Assembly: GCA_023920165.1 (NCBI GenBank)
Contig: CP089275.1
Coordinates: forward strand, 1,550,001-1,614,000
Source: Curvularia clavata
Lineage: Eukaryota
Direction: 5' to 3'
Length of the DNA stretch: 64,000 nucleotides
Under the pieces are notes generated by a model, which did not search any database, was not told the DNA's origin, and worked only from the letters and a program-made list of their open reading frames with translations. Numbering within the stretch: position 1 is the first letter of the stretch; every line of letters begins with the position of its first letter. Position numbers and translations under genes: made by a program. This document shows positions 50,524 to 63,198 of the stretch, piece by piece.

Positions 50524-51593
50524 ATGGTGACACCCGATTCAGAGCCGGAATGGAATCAAGAGTATCAGAGATACCTGTATACACGCTGGAACCCTGAGTA
50601 TGGTCGTTACTATCGAACACATTATGTCGAAGGTCTGTAGCCATACGCTCCGCAAATTACTGCTCATATCTCCCTAAGTATTAACACTGTCGCACCATAT
50701 GTAGGAGAGGGCTGGGTGCTCTTCGACTGGCTTCCGGCCCCTGTTCGCTCTGACTCGCCTCATGAAGTGCAAGCAGTGCAAGCAAGGCCTGCTTCTTCTC
50801 CACCGGTCGAAGGGCCACAGATCGTGGGTACCTACGATTTTAACAAACCCGCGCCAAACAGCCATGTGGAGCCTTTGGATTCATGTATGTTCTGGACCCT
50901 TTTTTTCCTCTGAATGGTGCTGATCTCATAAAGCGTACTACGTCAGAAGTAGCAGTTTCTTTGTAGTTGGCAGGGTTCAGTATTTTCCGAATATACGCCA
51001 GAGAATTTGTACTGATGAGTCGTAAGGTCTTCTCGGTCTTGTTCAGTGAAGCTGCTGGGGCGACAGCAACCCCATATAACGACTCCTTCTCCTGTGTCAA
51101 GCACGGAGAATTGGTGTACAGCCAGATCCGACGTTTCATCGTTGTTAGCACAAGGCATGGGTTTTGCTACGCGGTGTAAGTAATCCAATCAAGCAGTGGT
51201 GTAAATGTAGCTGACTTCCTTAGTCCCATTTTTACATATGGTAACCAGGCAACCACGAAGCGTGGTGTAGATCCTAGTGCACATTCAATTGCTTATTCAA
51301 TGGGTTCTTCATATACTCTGCTAAGAGGTGAAAGCACACTCGAGAAACAGCCCATCTGTAAGTCAAGCGAGCACGGATCTTTTGATACAACATTCTAAGA
51401 CTGAGGAATACTTCTAGGTATCATGATGGCCCAAGGAGTACCTTCACTTTCTGTCGCTTCGAGAATATTCTTCGGTATCCATCACGCTATTCAGCACAAT
51501 GTCAAAGTCAAGGATATCGGTCAAGTTCATCCCAATGACCTCCGTAACCTCTTGAGTCACTGGAAAGGAGAAAATCTTGGACCGGACTATTAA
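50524..51593 (+). CDS. DUF6590-like protein, ~6 exons
   Basis: spliced reading MVTPDSEPEWNQEYQRY..EG|EGWVLFDW..EPLDS|SYYVRSSSFFVVGR|VFSVLFSEAAG..IRRFIVV..GFCYA|PIFTYGNQATTKRGV..|SRIFFGIHHAIQHNVKVKDIGQV; TAA at 51591. Confidence 0.8.
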
Positions 51594-54500
51594 GCATGCG
51601 ACTTTACCTGGACACTGCCACTAACAGGAGCGGTGCATGGAAAGGCAGTCCACTCAATTTTGTCCTTCCTAAGTATTGAGCCATGTTCTCTTTTTGTTTG
51701 CTAATCATCATACGTTCCTATTACAATTCTGTTACAATTCACACAATGCTTTGCTACGTTCGTATTACATAACAGACTGACTCGCATTTCATTGCTATAA
51801 GCCATGATCTAAGGCACTCCAAATTGTATCTATCAACAATATATTACGTTTTCTTGCTTTCCTAGGCTCAGAGAATCTATTGAGTTGAGAGTAGGAAGCA
51901 TCCGAAGGCTCCCGAGTATAATTGTCTTGAACCATGCTTATCGTGACAGCCGCCGCAGCCAGTTAGCCCGATATATGATTTCGTTGAAAGGAGGTTTGCG
52001 GTTCATGTCATTAGGTTGGGGAAACACGTGGTTGTGAGAAGCGATGGGCCAAGTAGCTTGAATAGGAAAGTCACGGACCGACCCTCCTAGTACAGTGCCG
52101 TGTAATACTAGGCCCACCTCACGTCTGCAAATTATCTCGCCGTTATAAAAGGACCCAGCCTCAAACGCACAAAGAAGCGTGCGCAACCAGGTCTTGTTCC
52201 ACATGATTTAACCAACACACCCGGCTGACAACGCTTTTCCAATCAGCCCCCGCAGCTACACAGTGCGCGTCGGCCCTTTGCTTAAAAGCGGCCCGATGGC
52301 CGTGACGGTGGCATGCCATATCGTCGGCCTAATGAAGGCGCACTCAATGACATTCGAGGGTTCTTATTGCCCCAGAAGATCAAGAGATCTGTCATTTGAC
52401 CGCTCGGCTGCATTACGCCGGTAGCCATGCTGCCTGCTTTTGAGTTCGACCTTCCGCGGACGAAGCTTGATGTTATTCGCAACGCGATCGGTTACGTCTG
52501 CCTCCTGATTTGGTGATCGCGAACGCATGTTCCACCAACCAAACCCAATTTCAGTCAGATTGTTGCGTGTGTACATAGGTGCGAGCATAGCCACGGAAGC
52601 AAGTTACAGTCATACAAACGCATTTATTACCAGCATGTCTCGCAATGCCTGTGAGCACAGAGCATCCCGCGGATGTTAGTGGTTACAGCAGACAAGGGAC
52701 ACGTTGCACTGGCCCGAGACTCGAGGCAGTGAAGGAGTTGAGACTGAGAAAAGCAACGCTAATGAAGAACCACGTCACTATCTAAAGCAGCATGATGTTT
52801 TTCAACACCGAAACAGGCTGCGGTCTTCGCTTTCAGCCACCGTAGTCCTATGGTTCAACTGCCGGCCCAAATCAGATGGTCATTGGAGGAACCGACTTAC
52901 CCTCCCGTATGGAACGGCTCCAAGCTCGTTCGAATCGGAATGAGTTAATGACCAGCTCATTTGCCATCCCGCGTTTCTTTCAACAACCTCATCCGACTTA
53001 TATGAATAAGGCAAAAAGGCAAAAAAGGCATTTCGGCGCCCGACATGTGCTGTTTCACGGGCCAACGCCAGCTGATACGATCGTACACGTGGTGCAAGCG
53101 ACAGGTATAGCGCGCGCCAACACCGTCATGCCTGAGAAGCTCTAATGTCGACACTCCATGACATACAGCAAGCCATCTCATCAGCGTCTTTCTTGCTAAT
53201 CTTCCAAGTCGCAGCCCTTTGCGCTTGATCGGTGTAGCCTTGTTCGGGCGGGAGCTAGGGTGGGTGGGGTTCCAGCGGGGGCCGCTGAACTCCACTTTCA
53301 GGCTACACAACATCCGAGTCCAACGCTCGTACAACGGATCTTCGTCTCTTTCCCATTTACTGGGACTTCATTATGACGTGCAGTGTTCGGGTTCCGAAAG
53401 AGAGGTTTGGAAGAACACAGCGGGCTCGGTATCAGGTTGGCTTCCGAGACAACACACAATGTTGTGGCTTCAGCACGCCCACAGATAAGCTGCCTGCCGA
53501 GGCCCAATCCAAGTCCCTTTCCATACTCCTTCTGTTTGGGGCAAGCCACGCGGCTAGATCGCAGTCGACGATGATTAGAGACCATTCGTATGCGCAGTGG
53601 TTCTATCCGTCCAACAGGAGGAAGTACCTTGCTCTCGGGTTGCTGTCTGCCTTATATTCTACTGGTGCCTCAGCACTTACAACCGAGAGGCAGTCCTGCT
53701 GATCATGTTTGTGGCGCCTCGAGCCAGAGCCCAACGGCATGGATCATTGCCGCTGGTTACACGAAGTGGTGAATTAGGCAAGTGGTGTGCCAGCTTGCTC
53801 CTCATTTGCGCGTCGTTCGGTTTGGGTTACTATGTTATCACTGAGTATCAGAATGACTTGCTCTTCTAGTCTGTACATTTCTGTTAATGATGGTTGCGGT
53901 TGGTTCGGGCACGATATCCCGTATAGAAGATGTTGGAGAACTCTCCAGATCTTCACAAGAATAGATATACTTAGCAATCAGTCGGCTTTCCTTTTTGATG
54001 ACTGACCTAGTGAGCCGCCTAACGTTTCGTAGAGATTCATGATCGCTTATTTTACTTCCCACACGCAGAAAGCATACATGTACATAAGGCTGAGTGCAGC
54101 ATATGTGACAAAGTGTAAGTATCCCTCTGGAAAAGACGTATCACAATGGAAACAAGGATTCTTTTTTGTATGTTCAGGTTGAAAAAGAAAGCCAGAAATA
54201 GTATCTTATTGAATCTCATAGTTCACTATAAGCACCTTACCTTTCAGACACTTTTTACGTTGAAAACGCCTTATCTCAAGTGCTTCCTTCACTGAGCTCT
54301 ACAGCATCTCAACATCTTCGTTCGAATCTAAGACAACAAGTCGTATATCCTACTCTCTCCTTGTTGTCGAAAGCTTCCAACATCCTCCTCCATCTCTTTT
54401 CCCATTTCACTTTTTCCCTCTACGCAAATCCACCCTCCTCCTACGTGTTACAGCATTAACTTCATACTCGAATTGAATCCGAAATGCGCCTGCTTCTAAG

Positions 54501-55405
54501 ATTGACGCCACTATGAGAATAAAGCACTACTGTTGCGAATACCCTTTTCACGAATTGATATCTCGCTCGGCCCTCCTTTCGTCCTAAATCACGCGGCTAA
54601 ATATCGTATGAACATGAGTTACAATGAATATGCCACTGTGCTACCTCGCCATCTCGTATTAACAGCATTTGCGCATTTTTTCATTGATTCTATAGTCGCA
54701 CTTCCTTGCATATTCCCGACCTTGTTATCACAGCGTTCGAGTCATGAACTTCCTTTTTCCTCTTCTCGAGGCGCGTTTTATCTTCGTCATGTCCTCGTTT
54801 TGTCGACGGTGGCTGATGCCATGTAATGAGCCGATGTAGGCTCATGGTTCAATTTTGGTAGAAGTCGAACGGACTGCATCCAGTACAAGTCCGGTACGGC
54901 GATGCCTGCTCCCATGAAGGCCCCTTTTGCTAGTATATATACTCTAAAATTCCGCATCCTACCATCAGCCCTCTTTTCTCAGCACATGTGGCCTCCTAGC
55001 ACGGTGCGGGTGCAGGGCACCAACCAGCCAACGGGCTATTGAATTGTATACTGTTAAACCACGAGTAATAACAGTATAGGAATAACAAAACGAGAGCGTG
55101 CTAGGAGAAACCTCGATTCGATTCAGCTGGGGGAGTGGGTTTATGTTTTGCTTTTTAAGTGCAGATGAACCTAGCGAAGCAGACAAGCTAATTCAAATGA
55201 GAGTTGCATTTGACGACCACGTTTGGTACTCTTGTATTTAATCATATTTGATTCTTTCCCACTTAAATGACACAGTGGCATATGACAAACGTAATAACTA
55301 GATTTTTGCTCGTATAGAGCGTTTTTATTCATGTCTCAATAGCGCTGACATATGTCGTCGTACTTTTCGACATCTACACTACCTAACACTGACATGACCG
55401 ACCCG

Positions 55406-57339
55406 CTATTTCTTTCCCTTCCCTCGTGCGTTGAATGTTTTCAGAGGATCTACCTTACCGTTCCTCCTCACTACCTTCCTGCCTCTGCCTTTGATGAATT
55501 TCTTTCGATCCGGCTTCGGCAGGTTGAGGCCAACGAAACCAACATCTTCAGGCTTCTTGCCGCCAGGTAATAGATAATCTGGGACGTGTTTGAGATGTGG
55601 TTGTATCCGGAGGGGATGGTTGAGAGTCTGATCGTGACGAAGATGCGCGAGCGCCTCGGGGTTTTCTTCGAACTACAGTAGTGTTAGTTTAACGCAGAAG
55701 AGAGAGCCAAATGGTATTGGAGACTTACGTATCTGGAAAGCTTCTGCGATTTCGCAAGCTCCGAGTGAATTTCCTTAATACGAGCTTCTCGGATAGCAAT
55801 CCTTGTGACTGACTTCAACGCATCTGCAAATCGGTATCGGAATGGCTCCAAGCGCTTCATATCAAAGTTGTAATTCTCCAACTTTTGACCCTCCTGCTGG
55901 TGCTTCTCGACCTTTTTCAGAACCTCCTCGTCATTCTCGCATCCAGCAAAGCTTGTTGGCTTGTGTTTCCTGTATTTTTCGCGGGGAATGATAAAGGAGA
56001 TGGCAGTTCCAGACTTTCCAGCTCGCGCTGTCCTTCCTATCCGATGGAAATAGGACTTGTAATTGCTAGGGAAGTCGAAGTTGAGAACGCAGGCCACATT
56101 CAAGAAATCAATTCCTCGAGAAACGCCTGAATCTTTGCTCTCGTTACTCCTCTTTGCCTTCTTCTTCTTCGGCTTTGAATCATCCTCCTGTACCCCTACA
56201 ACATCGTTTTCGTCGCTGGCGATCAGGATGTTGTATACGTTTTTGTTGAACTCCTCTACGATATGTGTACGCGATGCGAGTGGAAGTTCTGAATTGAGCA
56301 CAGCGCTCTTGATTCCAAACTGTTCGAGGAATAGCTTCACTCGGTAAGACCTGTCGACATCGCCGACGAAGACAATGGTCTTTCCCTTGATCAGTTGCAG
56401 TTTGAACATTGCGTAGATCAAGAGGAATTTCTCTTCTTCGGCGACCTTCAGAACATATTGCTTCACCTGCAACACATTAGTGCACGTCCTAAGCATTGAC
56501 GGGAAAATAGGACTTACCCTTTGCGAGTCCTTGTCAAAATCTGCAAGCTTAAGAATGACCGGATCAGTGCATAGTAGACTTCCAAGGGCCTCGACATCAG
56601 TCGAGAGAGTGGCTGAAAGGACAATCTTCTGGACTCCCACTGGTATCTCACGGGCGATATTGGCCATATCTTCGGAGAAGCCATAGCCATTAATCAAATC
56701 ACCCTCATCTACGACCAATGTTCCCAAGTCATTGACAGCCAATGTGGAGTTATTGATGTTGGTCCACGCCCTTGCTGGGGTGGCCACGACGACTTCCGGC
56801 TTGTCGGCGAGTGCTGCTTTTGTAACGAGGTCCGATTCCTTGCCCGCAATGTTGCGCACCCTGATCTCCTGGCCGCAGTGTTGTGAGAGTGATTTAGCGA
56901 CGTTCGCAATCTGCTGACACAACTCTCTTGTCGGCGCCAAAATGAGCGAGGTCTGTTTTCGTTGCAGTGTCTTGTGTAGAATAGGGAGGAGATATGCTCC
57001 TGTCTTTCCGGTGCCCGTTCCTGACCTTGCGAGAATGTCCCGACCCTCAAGCGCCAGCGGAATGGCCTGCGATTGCACTGCCGTGGGCGAGGCCCATCTA
57101 AGATCGCGAATTGCCCTTAATAGACGAGGTTCAAGCTGAAGTTCGGCGAAGGATGCTACCGGAGTTGGCTGTGATGCTTTGGCGGCTTCTGAGGATTTCT
57201 TGTTCTTTGGCGTCGTGTTCGTCGTTGTGGCCTCGGTCGCGGGTTGCGAAGGGTCGTGTGAACTGGAGCGCTCGGAGTGCGACTCATCACCTGAAGTTTC
57301 TTCAGGCACGTCATGCTCATTCAACTTTCGCTTGGCCAT
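55406..57339 (-). CDS. DBP9: ATP-dependent RNA helicase Dbp9 (DDX56), 3 exons
   Basis: MAKRKL start, Q motif [41 protein letters not shown]; last exon [24 protein letters not shown]. Confidence 0.93.
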
Positions 57340-57794
57340 TTTGAGGTGCTCGCTGCAATCTGCGATCTGTAAATGCGTTGTGGACGTTGTTCCGTCGTGG
57401 CTTTGCGTTGCAGACTGTACACAACTTTGAACTTTTTTGACGCTAACGCGGGCGGTTGGCTTGGCATGCTCCACCGCGGAGGAGCGCGTCCCACTGGCCA
57501 CACTCGATTCGGAAACGTCATGTGTTAATCAAGTGTATGAATTCGTTGCAACAGCACAGTATTTTTGTTGGGCGTTAAAGCGGTATACATCTTCATGTCC
57601 TAAGTATAGATGATTTTCCCACTTGTGTTTGACGTGAGCATCTCGACCAAATATCATGAAGAAGCCGCTTGTTTACATTTCTGCCCACACATGTCGACTA
57701 GTCTTTTCGCGTCTATAACTTCCCATGATGACTACAGAACACATGGATTTGTTAAAGATCGAGCATTCTACCTGCTGTCTAACTGGTCGTACCA

Positions 57795-58577
57795 TCACCC
57801 TAATGCTCCAAGCAGGCCCTGGTTTGTTTTGCAATAATCATCGCAAGTAGCCTACGTCGCGGTGTCAGTATGTGTCAAGCCTGGCGAAGTTGAAATGCTT
57901 ACCCGAGGCATATTCCGTCGTCCTCCATCCTGAACCATCCGCTCCAACTTGTCCACATATTTGGTAATCTCATCATTGTTCAGGTCTTTGAGCGCTTTAA
58001 TAACCGCATCAATCGTTGCCTGATCAGGCCCCTGATCGTTTGTGCTCATCATGTCGATACCTGGTGGCGTCTGCGTGAAGTTGACCGCGGTCGAATAACT
58101 CGCATAGTAGGGTACTCTGTTGGCATCGCATCCCCAAACCAAGATGTAGTATTCACTCGTAGCGCCAGTCAAGATTCCGGTCGCTGTAAAATCCAGCACG
58201 GCGGGTAGATACGGATGCGGCGTGTCTATTCCGTACGTAGTGAAGACAGTGTCATTGCCCGGACGCTGGAAAGAAAAGAGGTCGTTCACTAAGCCGGTAG
58301 GGTCTGAAGGATCGATCGGGGTAGGGTCGTATTGCACATTACGCATGGCAGCGTACTGGGGATTGGAGGCGAGAATCATCGACCACGGCTTGAAGTAGAA
58401 TCCGATGGGCGGTGCGCGCCAGGGTTTGCCATAATGGTGTTGATTGGTAACATTGAAGGTCGGTGGTAGACGAGCCTGCACACCTTGTGGCCCAATCTTT
58501 CGTGGGCATCCGTCGGGGACGTAGTGAGCCGATGCCAGGAGTGCAAATGCACTCGTCAGAACTGTACTAAGAATCAT
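57795..58577 (-). CDS. secreted hypothetical protein, 2 exons
   Basis: signal peptide MILSTVLTSAFALLASA; YYILVWGCD..YYASYS; intron after MPR (GTAAGC..TAG); exon 2 ATCDDYCKTNQGLLGALG*. Confidence 0.78.
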
Positions 58578-59974
58578 CGTTGTCGCTCAAGATACTACAG
58601 TGAAAAGTGACGAGCTTCATTTTTCAATATATGTTTTCCATCCCAACAGCCGAAGCTCCCATTTGGGAAAGAGGCTTAAATTGCCGCATATGGCCCCCGG
58701 ATCATGCATATGTAGCTGTACGCTTGGGCCTATGATCGGCCGACAATTCGTGCGGTCGTGCGAGATGTCCGAGATGGTGTTGTTAATCAGCTATTGTGGC
58801 GCATTTGTAGTCAAGAAGTTTCCCATGATGTTCAGGCCGCCTCGCGGCAGCAAACATGAGCGCTGCGTACATGATCAAGGTGCCATACAGTTGAGTTCTC
58901 GATCAATCTCGCAAACAGCTTCGACGGTGTCTTTGGTCCGTGAATGTGTAGCAAATCAAATAAAGTTTGTCAGCCTCCACCTTGAAACAGCAAGATGGCC
59001 GCCTCTTGTACCTGGACTCGTCATTCCGCGTGCACGTGTTTATCATGAGCAGAAAATTGCGGGTAAAAAGGACCGGAAATCATCCGGTCAGATCCGCATG
59101 GCTGAGCGTGTGTAGAACCTTAATCTGAGGACAATTGGGATCTAGCGTTATCACGTGATGGCGAGATCGTTCCTGGTTGTTCACTGGGAGACAGTGACAT
59201 AAAGGCATTGAAGCTGACTGTAAGGGGAACCAGAACCATACTTAGCTATCGTGTGAGTCGGAAGCCCTCAATGGTTCTCAAGGTATCTTAGCTCAGCATG
59301 GCACTCTTTCATTGAACAAGGTAGGAGCATATGGATATGTTCGCCCTTCATTAAACTCACTTTTACTGTATACTTAAGCTAGGTAAGCCCATATTGCCGT
59401 ACCCAACATTCCGAGGTACAGAAGTATGAAAACGAGTGTCAACTGTTCTGTGTGTATAATAAAAGGAGCCAGTATCAACTGGCGGTTGTGCAATTGGGTA
59501 GAACTCGCTGCTTTAGTGTTTGGTGAGAATAATTTTTGTGGTCAGATGAATAATCCTTTGTGAATTGCCCGAGGATTGAAAGGATATCAGGATCGCTTGT
59601 TATACTGAACAACCCCAGTGCCTGGGAGAGTGCTCACGCGATTGCACATGGTCTAAATCATTGCTAACACAAAGTATAAATGTTTTGATTGCTCCAACCA
59701 AGGCTTGCCAAGCCCCTGGAGAGGATTTGTCCAGCCCGTTGGGTCGCAGAGTGAAGAAGACCCGCTCGTAAAGCCCAAGATCGTCTCCATTGTGAGCGAA
59801 TTAAGCAGCGTTTGCTATGACCTCATCTTAAAGCACGGACGGATGCACAACCGTTTGAGTTATGCTGATCTTCACAGCATTTTCATTCGAATCATTTCCT
59901 AACAATATTCAGCATTGAACATGTTGCACAACCTCGTTTTTTCACATGCATAACATGCAAGACTTACGTTTTTT

Positions 59975-60449
59975 CTTATCACATATGAGCTGAGGCGCCT
60001 TCCAAGGTTCTCAAGATACACCTCTTTGTCGAAGCAATCGAGTAACATTACACCTGAAGCATGCAGGATGATTAGCGCCGTGGAGAAATCGAGCAGGCAG
60101 GGTACGTCTCCTGCGCGCCGACTTCGGGGTCCACCGTTGAAGCCGTCTGATTGGATCCTAGAAGCCAGCTTATCTTCAATCCTATGTTTACCTCATCGAA
60201 ACCTCCAACACCATCTCCATCTCGATGCACCCAATTCCTCCACGCCCAGCATAAAATGTCGATCCCCACGCGAACGGTTGCACATGCTGGCCACCTTGCA
60301 TCAGGCGGAGAAAAATTGCGGTACGCCATTCGGCCTGGTTCGTCGTTTAGGTCAAGGGTAGTGACAGTGACTCGCTGCCTCTTATCAGTATAAGCGAAGC
60401 ATCCCGCCGAGCCCAGTCGGCTAAGATGCTGGGGAACCTCTGCGATAAG
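59975..60449. promoter_or_regulatory. cluster of GATAAG sites (AreA/NIT2-type nitrogen regulation) upstream of DUR3
   Basis: CTTATC at 59975, 60169 and 60381, and GATAAG at 60444; consistent with known nitrogen catabolite control of fungal urea transporters. Confidence 0.6.
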
Positions 60450-60558
60450 GCACAATCAACGAACCAAGCTGCGAACTTGGGTCCAGCCTGGACAGTATGT
60501 AGCCCTAGTGCATTCCCACACTTACCCCCAAGTGCGGGAAGACTATCTTTGCCCAATC

Positions 60559-60722
60559 ATGTCTCATTATCAAATCTACGGATGTATGTTCGATGTGTCT
60601 GGCAACGCTGGACATGGTAATTCTGGTACCAGGTCTGAGCGGGGAAAACTTGACCCATGAGGATGTGAAAGAATATAGATACTTCGTTTGCCCCCTGGGC
60701 AAAATCGCAATCAGCGTCTTAG
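60559..60722 (+). other. candidate intron-split uORF in the DUR3 leader
   Basis: ATG at 60559 (AATCATG), donor GTATGT at 60584, acceptors CAG at 60632 or TAG at 60678. Confidence 0.5.
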
Positions 60723-60756
60723 ACCTTGAGATTTCCGTTACACGACATAACCCAAC

Positions 60757-63198
60757 ATGGCTGGCGGCGGCACACCTACCGGTCCTTCAGCTTCCCCTTT
60801 GGGACAGGCTTGGGGTTATGGAATTGTTCTTGGTGTCGGCTTCCTCTTTGCACTTGGCATGGTATGCCTTCCCTTCAATGCAATACCAATATCCATTGAG
60901 TAGTATGGACTAACATCCTCAAGGTCTTTACCACCTGGGTACTTAAGCGCTACAACAATGAGTTGCAAACTTCGGAAATGTTCTCCACTGCAGGACGTAC
61001 CGTAAAGTCTGGTCTTGTAGCTTCTGCGGTCGTATCATCCTGGACTTGGGCTGCTACCTTGTTGCAGAGCTCTTCGGTCGCGTTTCGCTATGGTATGGTC
61101 ACTATCTCATCCCATAAGTCTGGCAGGACCTGACAATGTATAGGCGTGTCTGGCCCCCTTTGGTATGCCGCTGGTGCTACCGTACAGATTCTGTTATTCG
61201 CTACTGTTGCCATTGAGCTCAAAAGGAGAGCACCCAATGCCCATGTAAGTGATATCAATTCACAGCAACTTCATACACTAACATGCATCAGACATTCCTG
61301 GAGGCCGTCCGTGCTCGCTATGGAAAAGCCACTCATTTCGTGTACATTGCCTTTGGCCTGTTCACGAACATTCTTGTCACAGCCATGTTGCTGACTGGTG
61401 GATCTGCCGTCATCAGCTCCCTGACCGGAGTACCTACTGCAGCGGCCTGTTTCCTTCTTCCCCTTGGTGTCGTTATCTACACCATGTTTGGCGGAATCAA
61501 GGCTACTTTCCTTACCGACTACGTTCATACCGTCATTTTGCTCATTATTCTTCTTACATTCGCCTTCACGACCTACGCAACTGGCGATAGGCTTGGATCG
61601 CCAAAGGCAGTCTATGATCGCTTGCAAGAGGTCTCAGCCATCACACCAGTTCCCGGCAATGCTGGCGGAAGCTATCTGACGATGCGGAGCAAGGATGGCG
61701 CCATCTTCTTTGTTATCAACATCATTGGAAACTTTGGCACGGTTTTCATGGACAATGGCTGTAAGTTTGGATTGTGGCGATAACTCGCACTCGAGGCTGA
61801 CTTGCAACAGACTACAATAAGGCTATTGCTGCATCGCCGGTCCATGCGCTTCCCGGATACATCATCGGTGGTCTTTCTTGGTTTGCTATTCCGGTAATTT
61901 TCTCTCTGGACTCTGTAACAAACGTTCACTGACACCCTGCAGTGGCTTTGTGCGACTACTATGGGACTTGCAGCTCTTGCGCTTCAGCACACTGAATACT
62001 TCCCAACCTATCCTGCGGTTATGGACGAGGCATCCATCAGCGCTGGACTCACTCTCCCCTATGCCGCAGTCGCTCTCCTTGGATCTGGTGGCGCTGTAGC
62101 TACGCTGCTTGTAGTCTTCATGGCTGTCACTTCCGCCTTCTCTGCTCAGCTCATCGCTGTATCCAGTATCCTGACGTATGATATCTACGGCACATACATT
62201 AACACCACTGCTAGCGGCCGTCGTCTTGTGTACACTTCTCATGTATGCGTGTGCGGATTTGGACTAGTCATGGCTGGGTTTTCAACAGGACTGTGGTACG
62301 CCGGCATTAGGTGAGTTACAGCCAATCCAGTCCGGCGATCCAAGATTCGCTAACATGAACTAGCATGGGATGGCTGTACGTCTTCATGGGCGTCATAATC
62401 TCATCTGCAGTGCTCCCAGCTACTCTCACCTTGATGTGGAAAGGCCAGAACAAATGGGCAGCTACTCTGTCCCCAGTTCTAGGACTGTGCTGCAGTATCA
62501 CCGCCTGGCTCGTGACCACCTCCAAACTGAACGACGGAGTTATCACTGTAGAAACTTCTGGCGCCAACAACCCTATGCTGGCGGGTAATGTTGTCGCTCT
62601 GCTGTCTCCTCTCATTTTTATCCCTGTCCTCACTTTGATCTTCGGAATGGGTAAGTGACCATCTTCTGCTGATGCAATACAACTGCTAACTTAAGGTCAA
62701 GATAACTACGACTGGGTATCTATGAAGAACATTCGACTGGTCGACGATTCAGACGTCACCGCAGCCGCACACATGGATCTCGAGGCTGTACATGGCCGCC
62801 ACGGTGTTCTCTCGCCAGAGGCAGAAGCTGCTGAGCAGAAGAAGCTCTTCCGCGCCTCGAAGATTGCCAAAATCACTACTGCGACAATGACTCTGATTCT
62901 CCTGGTTCTTTGGCCCATGCCTCTGTATGGCACCGGTTACATCTTCAGCGAATCGTTCTTCTCTGGCTGGGTCATTGTCGGTATCATCTGGCTCCTGTGC
63001 TCCACTATGGCGGTAGGTGTTTACCCGCTGTGGGAGGGCCGAGAGAGCCTGATACGCAACTTTGGTGGCATGTGGCGCGATATCACGGGTAAGGGTGGCC
63101 GTCGCACGGGTCCTGTCACGGTGGTTGAGGGAGAGAAGATGGCGGATTCAGGCACGCACACGCCCAAGGAGGCGGATGCAAAGGCTTTGGAGAAGTAA
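60757..63198 (+). CDS. DUR3: urea/polyamine active transporter (sodium:solute symporter family), multi-exon
   Basis: [93 protein letters not shown]. Confidence 0.95.

Noticed and set aside
51601..51660. U1-like TTACCTGG
   Set aside because: Lies immediately after the DUF6590-like stop codon, with no U1 stem-loops or Sm site
52700..54060. Possible membrane-protein gene
   Set aside because: Short hydrophobic fragments in different frames; no consistent exon chain could be built
56690..56715. DEGD instead of DEAD in Dbp9
   Set aside because: The third position of DExD is variable and all other helicase motifs are intact
59090..60750. TPP riboswitch upstream of the DUR3-family gene (some fungal paralogues carry one)
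   Set aside because: No complete aptamer core (CTGAGA..ATAC..GAACTTGATC..GG.TAAT.CC.GCG); the CTGAG/GAACCT fragment near 59102 does not form the required stems
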